In this document: one piece after another, positions 1-6,458 of the stretch
Layout: each line of letters starts with the position of its first letter
Numbering within the stretch: the stretch's first letter is position 1
Assembly: GCA_963719425.1 (NCBI GenBank)
Contig: OY970382.1
Coordinates: 455,100-519,099, forward strand
Origin: an uncultured bacterium
GTDB taxonomy: Bacteria > Patescibacteriota > Minisyncoccia > UBA6257 > 2-01-FULL-56-20
Length of the DNA stretch: 64,000 bases
Direction of reading: 5' to 3'
Translations under genes and position numbers: made by a program
Notes under the pieces: model-generated
Seen by the model: the letters and a program-made list of their open reading frames with translations, nothing else
Told to the model about the DNA's origin: nothing
Database searches by the model: none

Positions 1-117
1 CGCTTCCTACGCATTCCTTGGCAGGTCTTATTCCCTTTTCGGCACTAACGCGCACGGGATGCCTGTGGTCTTTGGAAGTGTCCTCAGTATAGTGCGCCCG
101 CCGAATTTGTCAACCGC

Positions 118-1815
118 TCACTTACTCTCATCCTGAAGAGCTTTCAATTGCGCCTGGAGCGATTGCAATTGTGCCTCCAACTGCTGCAGCGTGGCTGCGG
201 CCGCGCTTGCGCTCGCAGCGTTTGTAGATTGTCCTCCGCCGTACAACGCATTCAGTGCAAGCCTTGTTTTCCCACCCACCACGCCCCAGCCGGTCGCCAC
301 AGGGCTTCCCGAGCACACGATGTTCTCATCGCACTGGAACTGCTGGACCGCTTTCTGCGTCAGCGTCCCGAAGAATCCTGTCGCGTAGTGAGAAGCGAGA
401 TATCCCTCCTGGATCAAAAACGTCTGCAAATTCTTGACGCCGCCGCTCCGAAGGCCGAGAAACAACGTCGTCGCAAATGTTGCCGATACCGACGTCGCGG
501 GTGGTACCGATGTCACGGGTACTGATGTCGCGGCAGGAAAAGCGACGGGGGCAACAGATGCGGCTTGAGCCGCCACCGTGGGCGCGGTCACGCTTGTGGT
601 TGCGGCAGCAGGCGCCGGCTGCACGGCCAATGTCTGAATGTTATACCGCAGCGCTTGTGCGGAGACATTGCCCGCCGCGTCGTAAGCGTCAACGGCATAG
701 TTGTAGCTTGTGTCAGAAGCGAGGCCTGTATCCACATACGAGGTAGAAGTCACAACCGCGATCTGTGCCTCGTCCCGATAGACGTGATATCCCGCAACGC
801 CCACGTTGTCATACGAAGGAGACCAGGCAAGATCTATTTCTGACACGGATACTGGTTTCGCGGAAAGATTAAAGGGTGCGCTGGGCGCCGACGTATCCGG
901 CGCGAGCGTGGTCCCCTGTACCGGATAGCTCTCGCCGGAAACATTCCCTTCCGCATCATATGCCGCAACATTATAAAGATAGCTGGTATTCGGGGAAAGC
1001 CCAGTGTCTTCGTATGACGTCGGCGTTGAAGAAACGTTCGCAATCTGCGATCCATTACGATAGATGTAATATCCGGCGACGATTCCATTGCGAGAAGCAC
1101 CCCACGTGATATCAATTTCGCCTGATGATTTCACGGTCACAAAGAGCGTGTTGGGCACGGAGGGCGGCGTGAGATTCGAGAATGTCGTCACGCTCGTCGC
1201 ATTGGAATAGGAATTGTTTCCTGCCGCATCATACGCCTCAACTTTATAGGTGTAGGTGTATCCCGGAAAGCGGCCAGTGTCGGTATATGTAGTTGCGGTA
1301 AATGGGTTTGTGATGCCGGGAATTTGGTTCCCATTGCAGTAAATATAATATCCTACGACGGCGATATTATCAGTGGCAGGATGCCAGGAAAGCACTATTG
1401 AAGAGGTGGCTGGCACAACCGAAATCCACGTGGGAGAGGAAGGAGGAGTGATGTCTTTCACGACCGAAATGGGAGAAGACGGAGCAGAGAGAGGAGAGAC
1501 ATTTCCTGCAGCATCATATGCGGCGACAGTATACGAATATACCGCCCCGGGAATAACCGCGTCCGTGTAACCTGTATTCTGGATATTTGCGACCAAGGTT
1601 CCGTTGCGATAGAGATAATATCCGGCGACGCCGACATTATCGGTAGGGGCGTTCCAGGAAACGCTTATCTGGTCATATTGCGACAAAGAGGCCGAAACTC
1701 CGGTAGGCGCAAACGGCGGACTTGTGTCTGTCTGACCATGAGCCGCGCCGGTCATGATAAGCAGACTGAAGAGAAAAGGGATTATCAAATACTTCCCTCT
1801 TTCCATTTTCATCAT
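118..1815 (-). CDS. Secreted protein with repeated fibronectin-III-like modules (recurring '...GVAGYY(L/I)YRNG...AYDAAGNVS') and a C-terminal peptidoglycan-binding (PG_binding_1-like) domain plus a coiled-coil tail
   Basis: N-terminal signal peptide (MMKMERGKYLIIPFLFSLLIMTGAAHG); four or more ~90-aa internal repeats; C-terminal 'LQTFLIQEGYL...GFFGTLTQKAVQQFQ...LNALYG' resembles the PG-binding domain also present in the ORF at 59978. Confidence 0.6.
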   Translation of the reverse strand: MMKMERGKYLIIPFLFSLLIMTGAAHGQTDTSPPFAPTGVSASLSQYDQISVSWNAPTDNVGVAGYYLYRNGTLVANIQNTGYTDAVIPGAVYSYTVAAYDAAGNVSPLSAPSSPISVVKDITPPSSPTWISVVPATSSIVLSWHPATDNIAVVGYYIYCNGNQIPGITNPFTATTYTDTGRFPGYTYTYKVEAYDAAGNNSYSNATSVTTFSNLTPPSVPNTLFVTVKSSGEIDITWGASRNGIVAGYYIYRNGSQIANVSSTPTSYEDTGLSPNTSYLYNVAAYDAEGNVSGESYPVQGTTLAPDTSAPSAPFNLSAKPVSVSEIDLAWSPSYDNVGVAGYHVYRDEAQIAVVTSTSYVDTGLASDTSYNYAVDAYDAAGNVSAQALRYNIQTLAVQPAPAAATTSVTAPTVAAQAASVAPVAFPAATSVPVTSVPPATSVSATFATTLFLGLRSGGVKNLQTFLIQEGYLASHYATGFFGTLTQKAVQQFQCDENIVCSGSPVATGWGVVGGKTRLALNALYGGGQSTNAASASAAAATLQQLEAQLQSLQAQLKALQDESK

Positions 1816-2412
1816 TGCTTTTTATCATAACATACTCTAGCGGTGTATTTTGAAGATAGTTCGAACGGAATTGCGCCCTCGCCGCGCTTCGCGCAACTCG
1901 GATGGGGCGGGGCGAAATGAAAGGAGGAGCCGCGAACATTAACAATTTCAAGTTTTTCTTTGGCGGAATACAGATTCAAGCGCGTGAAGTACGCACAACC
2001 GTTCCTTCAAAAAAGAAGAGACTTCGCAATGCACGAAGCCCTTGAGTGGTGGCCAGATCCGGGGCGGACTTCAACGAGCTTTTGCTCTCCATCCGTTGGC
2101 CCGGACCTGGTTTCTAACACGCGTCTTGCCAAGGAACAGCTACTCTACTTGCTGGTGTCCTGGGGGGCCTTCCTCCGGTGGGTCTATACTCCCAGAGCCA
2201 ACCAGCACGTTTACTATATGCCAGCCAATGTTATTGTCAACTAATAGTAAAAAACCAAAAAAACAGCAAGATGCTGTTAATACTCCAAATCAAATTATGG
2301 AAAAATTTCTTTTGCCCTTATTGATACCTCCTTCTCGTTTTCGCCGAAGAATGAATACAAATTGGCCGCCGAGCGAAACGGGGCGGACGGCTCGCATTTG
2401 CAATTTCCCGAC

Positions 2413-2487
2413 TGGCGGGGGCGCCAGGATTCGAACCTGGAAGTCAGGATTTGGAGTCCCGCAGTTTGCCGTTGAGCTTACGCCCCC
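2413..2487 (-). tRNA. tRNA-Trp (anticodon CCA), CCA encoded
   Basis: Reverse complement folds as a cloverleaf: acceptor GGGGGCG/CGCCCCC, anticodon stem CGGGA/TCCTG with loop CTCCAAA, T-arm CCAGG-TTCGAAT-CCTGG; one mismatch in the D-stem. Confidence 0.75.
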
Positions 2488-3152
2488 GTTAAATGTAAAA
2501 ATGCTCTGGCGACAGCCAGCAATTGTCGCGCCAAATCATTGCTGTGATAGCGAACAGTTATACACCCTTGATAATTCTCCCGGATTCTCCTCCCCGTATT
2601 TGGCTTTCGACAAGATTTGATGAACTGCTGCTTATCAATACTAGTTATTTTTGACCAAAAATCAAGCTGTTTCTGCGCCGAATGGTAAGAATGAATATGC
2701 ACGCAAGGATGGAATTTTCCTTCATTAAGAACAAAAGATTGGCGTAGTAAACGGAGAAAAACCTTCACTAGTGTCGGATCTGAATTGGTGAATGCCATCC
2801 CGCTTTTCGGATTCTTGTTCCCTTCGCACCAGAACATCATTGCGCATATTATTTTTTTGTAATTAGGCCTCCGCTGAATCTCCTCGAGCGCCGCCTGAAA
2901 ATATTTTTCTCCAATAATCATTGTTTGGACGTGCCTTTTGGCGGCGCCGATAAATTGTCCTTGTTTAATGAGGCTGAGCAGTCGCGCTTGAGCTCGCTTG
3001 TCCAATATGATATCGCGCAGCCAAAGAGAAACCGTATTCGCGGGAACGCGTAAAAAACGACCGATTTCCTTTATGGAACGACCTTTCTGGCGAAGTCTGA
3101 TTGCTTCCTGCCGCATAACAGAAGAATATGCCACAAGATCATCATGGCACAC
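2478..3152 (-). CDS. HTH-domain protein of unknown function (paralog A of a pair flanking rpmG and an intron-containing tRNA)
   Basis: N-terminal resolvase/sigma-r4-like HTH (GRSIKEIGRFLRVPANTVSLWLRD). Shares colinear motifs with the ORF at 3712..4311 (FWCEGNK/LYWGEGTK; NSDPTLVKVF/NTDPALIKIF; LDFW; GxxTVxYH...L). No confident family assignment. Confidence 0.5.
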   Translation of the reverse strand: MCHDDLVAYSSVMRQEAIRLRQKGRSIKEIGRFLRVPANTVSLWLRDIILDKRAQARLLSLIKQGQFIGAAKRHVQTMIIGEKYFQAALEEIQRRPNYKKIICAMMFWCEGNKNPKSGMAFTNSDPTLVKVFLRLLRQSFVLNEGKFHPCVHIHSYHSAQKQLDFWSKITSIDKQQFIKSCRKPNTGRRIRENYQGCITVRYHSNDLARQLLAVARAFLHLTGA

Positions 3153-3187
3153 GCGGGATTAAATAATTCTTAAAGAAAACTTGACGG

Positions 3188-3367
3188 CTATTTTCCGGTA
3201 ATCCTCGCCTCCTTGTGCACCGTTTGTTTGCGGCACCACTTGCAAAATTTCTTGAACTCCAGCTTCCGCTCCACGGTCTTCTTGTTCTTGGTCGTGTAAT
3301 AATTCCGCCGCTTGCAAACTGAACAGCGGAGGGTGATCAATTTGTCGGCACGTTTCACTTTCGCCAT
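3188..3367 (-). CDS. rpmG: 50S ribosomal protein L33
   Basis: [59 protein letters not shown]: L33 zinc-ribbon signature. Internal Met chosen; the upstream 18 codons of the tracked ORF are likely spurious. Confidence 0.8.
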   Translation of the reverse strand: MAKVKRADKLITLRCSVCKRRNYYTTKNKKTVERKLEFKKFCKWCRKQTVHKEARITGK

Positions 3368-3435
3368 GGGAACTATTCTAGCGGATTGCGGAAAAATTCG
3401 CAAATCGCGCTCGCGTGCCACCTTGAACCACTTTG

Positions 3436-3721
3436 AGCCGATGGTCGGATTTGAACCGACGACCTACTCCTTCATCGCTACCTCAACTTCGCAACGCTTA
3501 TATGAGGATTAGACTGTATCTTGCGCATACCGCTTGTGGCGGTCGAGCGCCCCTTGTCAGTCGTTCGGGCGGGAAGAATGATTTTTCTCGCCACGGTCTT
3601 GGCCATCGCTCCACGCACTGGCTTTTAACCGTAATTCGGGATTCACGGGCGGGTTTCCCTGCCCGTGGGCATGACCCTTCGGTCCACCATGGAGTTGCTC
3701 TGCCAGCTGAGCTACATCGGC
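3436..3721 (-). tRNA. tRNA-Thr (anticodon GGU) interrupted by a ~213-nt group-I-like intron between anticodon-loop positions 36 and 37
   Basis: 5' exon (rc of 3686..3721) = GCCGATGTAGCTCAGCTGGCAGAGCAACTCCATGGT. 3' exon (rc of 3436..3472) = AAGGAGTAGGTCGTCGGTTCAAATCCGACCATCGGCT. Together these form a perfect 73-nt cloverleaf (acceptor GCCGATG/CATCGGC, anticodon stem ACTCC/GGAGT, loop AUGGUAA). Confidence 0.65.
3473..3685 (-). other. Putative group I self-splicing intron within tRNA-Thr(GGU)
   Basis: The 5' exon ends in U. The intron begins GGACCGAAGGGUCAUGCC, where GGGUCAUG can pair with exon CAUGGU to form P1 with a U.G pair at the splice site. A P7-like pairing GACUG...CAGUC and an S-element-like AAGAUACAGUCUAAUCC are present. 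The intron ends ...UAGCGAUG (omega G). It is too short to encode a protein. Confidence 0.55.
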
Positions 3722-4311
3722 ATTTTCTCTTTTGAAACCAAGTCAACCAATAAGTCCCGCAACTTCTTATTGTGATACATCACAGTCATAACTCCGTATT
3801 GGCTCTTTCTTCTATAGGTACCCAAGTGGCCGGACTTTGTGACGATTGGTTTATTGATTTGGTCCCTCTCTATATTAAGTTTTTTAATCCAAAAGTCCAG
3901 AGCTTCCTCTGTGTCAATATCGTTGAACAATTGCAGACCAAATTTTAGATCTTCCTTGCGAATGTAAAATATCTTGATAAGGAAACTGATAAATATTTTA
4001 ATAAGCGCCGGATCGGTGTTACCAAGACGAACCGATGACAAATTGGCCTTAGTCCCTTCTCCCCAATAAAGACCGATACCCAACCCAAATAGTTTCGCCT
4101 TCTCCGCGGTATTGGGCTTATGAAAGCGGAATGGGTCGCCGTTTGGATTCCTCTTTACATACGTCGCTTCGTTGCGAGTCCGTCTAGGAATTTGATATTT
4201 TTCCATCCAATACGAAATCGTATGCAAAGAGCAATTCAAGATAGTGGCAATATCTTGCATAGATTTATTCTCACCTTTGTAGAGTTTGACCAAAACGGGC
4301 TTTTTGATCAC
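3712..4311 (-). CDS. HTH-domain protein of unknown function (paralog B of the 2478..3152 ORF)
   Basis: N-terminal HTH (MQDIATILNCSLHTISYWMEKY), then 'GLGIGLYWGEGTK' (weakly reminiscent of a LAGLIDADG-type G-[DE]-G motif) and conserved blocks shared with paralog A. The stop overlaps the 5' end of the intron-containing tRNA by ~10 nt. Confidence 0.5.
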   Translation of the reverse strand: MIKKPVLVKLYKGENKSMQDIATILNCSLHTISYWMEKYQIPRRTRNEATYVKRNPNGDPFRFHKPNTAEKAKLFGLGIGLYWGEGTKANLSSVRLGNTDPALIKIFISFLIKIFYIRKEDLKFGLQLFNDIDTEEALDFWIKKLNIERDQINKPIVTKSGHLGTYRRKSQYGVMTVMYHNKKLRDLLVDLVSKEKMPM

Positions 4312-4786
4312 GTCTCAACTTTACCAAAAAGACATTAAAAAATTGTTAAATATTGATTGGGAGTATACTGATGGTATGGAACTCCAAGTCGGCGTCAAGG
4401 CTCTTCTTCAAAATAAGAGCGGCAAGTACCTCCTCGTACGCCGCTCATCCGAAAAATATCCGGAGGTTGGCGCACAGTGGGACATCGTCGGCGGGAGAAT
4501 CAATCCGGGCACCCCACTCATTGATAACCTGAAAAGGGAAATCAAAGAAGAGGTGAATTTGGATCTGGTTGAGGCGCCGAAACTCATTGCGGCTCAAGAT
4601 ATTTTAAGGGTTCCCGGCAGACACGTCGTCAGGTTGACCTATCTGGGCAAGATTGACGGACAACCAAAACTGAACGATGACCATGTAGAGTGTCAATGGT
4701 TCGCCCTGGAAGAAATCAAAAAACTGGATGCTTTGGATATCTATTTCAAAGCGCTCCTTGATGACGGCAAGTTTGATAACGGTTGA
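4286..4786 (+). CDS. NUDIX-family hydrolase (degenerate Nudix box)
   Basis: 'WDIVGGRINPGTPLIDNLKREIKEEVNL' approximates the Nudix signature GX5EX7REUXEEXGU; small (~160 aa). Confidence 0.55.
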   Translation: MTKTGFLITSQLYQKDIKKLLNIDWEYTDGMELQVGVKALLQNKSGKYLLVRRSSEKYPEVGAQWDIVGGRINPGTPLIDNLKREIKEEVNLDLVEAPKLIAAQDILRVPGRHVVRLTYLGKIDGQPKLNDDHVECQWFALEEIKKLDALDIYFKALLDDGKFDNG

Positions 4787-4857
4787 GCCGGAGAGAGGAG
4801 TCGAACCTCCAACCTCTGCTTTACAAAAGCATTGCTCTGCCATTGAGCTACTCCGGC
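4786..4857 (-). tRNA. tRNA-Thr (anticodon UGU)
   Basis: rc = GCCGGAGTAGCTCAATGGCAGAGCAATGCTTTTGTAAAGCAGAGGTTGGAGGTTCGACTCCTCTCTCCGGCT; acceptor GCCGGAG/CTCCGGC, anticodon loop TTTGTAA. Confidence 0.75.
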
Positions 4858-4924
4858 GGCTTTCGCAACCCACCTATATTATAGGACGATAACAGTTCTG
4901 TAAACATGAGTCCCTCTTGAGATG

Positions 4925-4946
4925 GTTCGAATCCTGTCCTGTGCAG
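4925..4946 (-). repeat. Dispersed motif copy, short form (rc CTGCACAGGACAGGATTCGAAC)
   Basis: Member of the 23-27-bp family GTGCAC-NGG-NC(T/A)GGA-(CGATYT)-TCGAAC; sits at the left boundary of cassette A. Resembles a tRNA T-loop/acceptor fragment (GGTTCGAATCC). Confidence 0.6.
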
Positions 4947-5029
4947 GGTCTTTACGTCGTCATTCGATAGTGATACAATATTCTACAGATGAGAGGCGTG
5001 GGACGATCCACAGAAACGAGGTTAAGGCA

Positions 5030-5269
5030 ATGCAAGCATCAAAACAAGAAATCCTCGATCAAGCCATCGAGGAACTCGCTGATCTCAACGTCAACACTTA
5101 CAACAACCTCCGGGCCCGGAACATCGTGACCATTGGGGACGTTGTTAAGCTCACGAGGGATGAGTTGCAGCGAGACACCCCGCAAGCGCGGCGGATGACA
5201 AAGGGAATGCTGGCCGACCTTGAGGGGGGACTTGCCAAGTTGGGCCTCTCCCTCCGGCCCTCGCAGTAA
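5030..5269 (+). CDS. Small stand-alone protein with an RNA polymerase alpha-subunit C-terminal-domain (alpha-CTD/HhH)-like fold
   Basis: 'LADLNVNTYNNLRARNIVTIGDVVKLTRDELQRDTPQARRMTKGMLADLEGGLAKLGLSL' parallels the RpoA CTD 'LSVRSANCLK...IGDLVQ.TE.ELL...N.GKKSL.EIK..L...GLSL'. An AAGG lies 4 nt upstream of the ATG. Confidence 0.5.
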   Translation: MQASKQEILDQAIEELADLNVNTYNNLRARNIVTIGDVVKLTRDELQRDTPQARRMTKGMLADLEGGLAKLGLSLRPSQ

Positions 5270-5365
5270 AACCACGGAAGGCAGGGGTTCGGACACCTCG
5301 TCTGCACTCCTGCCTTTCAAGCCTAAATTCACAAACTCATTGCGAATTGAGGCTTGGAGAGAAGT

Positions 5366-5392
5366 GTTCGAAAATCGTCCAGACCCGTGCAC
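5366..5392 (-). repeat. Dispersed 27-bp motif copy (rc GTGCACGGGTCTGGACGATTTTCGAAC) at the right end of cassette A
   Basis: Identical to the copy at 40555..40581. Confidence 0.7.
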
Positions 5393-5490
5393 CTATTTTC
5401 AAAATCCAGATCGTTAGGTTCTGAAAAAAGGTGGGGAGATGCAAAGATGTTATCTTGCAGAGCTCCCACAGTCCGATTGGGCTAGGAGTC

Positions 5491-5961
5491 TTACCGTCGG
5501 ACAGGAATCCAAGGTCGGACCTTCTTGCTGAGGCTGACAATGCTTCGGCACAAAGGGGCGAGCAGGTATCGCTTAACTGCCTTCCCTCCATAGAAGAGTC
5601 CAACGCACAGAACTACCAAGACAAGCATGATCTGGACCGTAAGCGTGAGCCCGGTGAACACATGGATCCAACTTTGTGGTTCCCAAGAGGCTGGGTCGGG
5701 GTCATGGGGGTCTGGATCTTGGGCGATATAGAAGACAGTGGCGGCGACCGCCCCCACGAGCGTAACAATCGCCGGAACCTTCAGGCCCTTTGCGATTGCG
5801 CCCAACAGGTGACCCACAGAGAGTTTCTTGCCCACGATCAACTCTCCTTTCCGAGCGGCCCTGACAACCGGCCTGGGAACGTAAATCAGAACGTAAACTA
5901 GGATGATCACGCCGACAATCTTCCAGCACACTGCGTCACTCAAAGGATCAAGGATACTCAT
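5491..5961 (-). CDS. Hypothetical membrane protein (3-4 predicted TM helices)
   Basis: Hydrophobic segments (IVGVIILVYVLIYV; AIVTLVGAVAATVFYI; LTLTVQIMLVLVVLCVGLF); start placed at internal MSILDPL. Confidence 0.4.
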   Translation of the reverse strand: MSILDPLSDAVCWKIVGVIILVYVLIYVPRPVVRAARKGELIVGKKLSVGHLLGAIAKGLKVPAIVTLVGAVAATVFYIAQDPDPHDPDPASWEPQSWIHVFTGLTLTVQIMLVLVVLCVGLFYGGKAVKRYLLAPLCRSIVSLSKKVRPWIPVRR

Positions 5962-6126
5962 CCGTTTTGCCTCCGTTTGAATTCGAGTGCCCCTTCGGGA
6001 CGTCCTAAGAAGTTTTCGCACCGAAGTTGAAGGGAACCTCTCGTCTAGGTCCTATTATATCAGGAGGATATCCTATTGTCAATACTTACTTCGCAAAACG
6101 GGCTTTTTTTGCTAAAAGCCAAGATC

Positions 6127-6153
6127 GTTCGAAGATCGTCCAGGCCGGTGCAC
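6127..6153 (-). repeat. Dispersed 27-bp motif copy (rc GTGCACCGGCCTGGACGATCTTCGAAC)
   Basis: Solo copy immediately preceding the large palindrome upstream of dnaE. Confidence 0.65.
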
Positions 6154-6183
6154 TTTGGTATAGGGATTAGCAAATGACCGTTC

Positions 6184-6357
6184 GGCCGCATGCGCATAAT
6201 GCTTGCGGGGAGTTCTCGGAGGCGCTCGCAGCTTGGTCCCAGCCGTAATTTTTCGTAATAAAAATACGGCTGGGTGCGAACGCCGAGAGAACAGGGTGGC
6301 TCGCGCCGCAGGAGCGCGAGAACACCCGTGCCCCGCAAGCATTATGCGTATGCGGCC
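6184..6357. repeat. ~175-bp imperfect palindrome (long hairpin) in the divergent intergenic region upstream of dnaE
   Basis: Outer arms GGCCGCATGCGCATAATGCTTGCGGGG ... CCCCGCAAGCATTATGCGTATGCGGCC; perfect central hairpin CAGCCGTAATTTTT-CG-TAATAAAAATACGGCTG; nested sub-palindrome CTCGCGCCGCAGGAGCGCGAG in the right arm. Confidence 0.7.
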
Positions 6358-6458
6358 AAGCTATCTTTTTAAGCAAATTTTTAGTATCATGTAAGAGAAA
6401 TCAATATTTTATCCGATGTTCTGCATCCTCGCTTGCGGGGGCAACATAAAGAACTATA

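Larger units (their letters stand above)
4941..5392. repeat. 452-bp cassette, copy A (near-identical inverted copy at 40555..41006); begins GTGCAG and ends with the 27-bp motif ...GTTCGAAAATCGTCCAGACCCGTGCAC
   Basis: The 5030..5269(+) and 40678..40917(-) proteins are identical; DNA comparison shows a single mismatch (tacGtcg vs tacAtcg) in the checked portion. Confidence 0.85.

Noticed and set aside
1673-1951. 92-aa minus-strand ORF at the position where secE might be expected
   Set aside because: Overlaps the 5' end of the 118..1815 gene. Not hydrophobic like SecE; secE/nusG appear to be absent from this locus.
2042-2620. 192-aa + strand ORF overlapping tRNA-Trp
   Set aside because: Overlaps a confident tRNA on the opposite strand; no domain signal.
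4915-4950. Possible extra tRNA gene (GGTTCGAATCC T-loop-like sequence)
   Set aside because: No complementary T-stem or acceptor stem upstream. It is the short form of the dispersed motif (tRNA-3'-fragment-like), not a complete tRNA.
5039-5392. 117-aa ORF (duplicated at 40555..40908) antisense to the alpha-CTD-like gene, starting at the GTG inside the 27-bp motif
   Set aside because: No recognisable domain, GTG start embedded in a repeat motif, and fully overlapped by the opposite-strand ORF that has clear alpha-CTD similarity.
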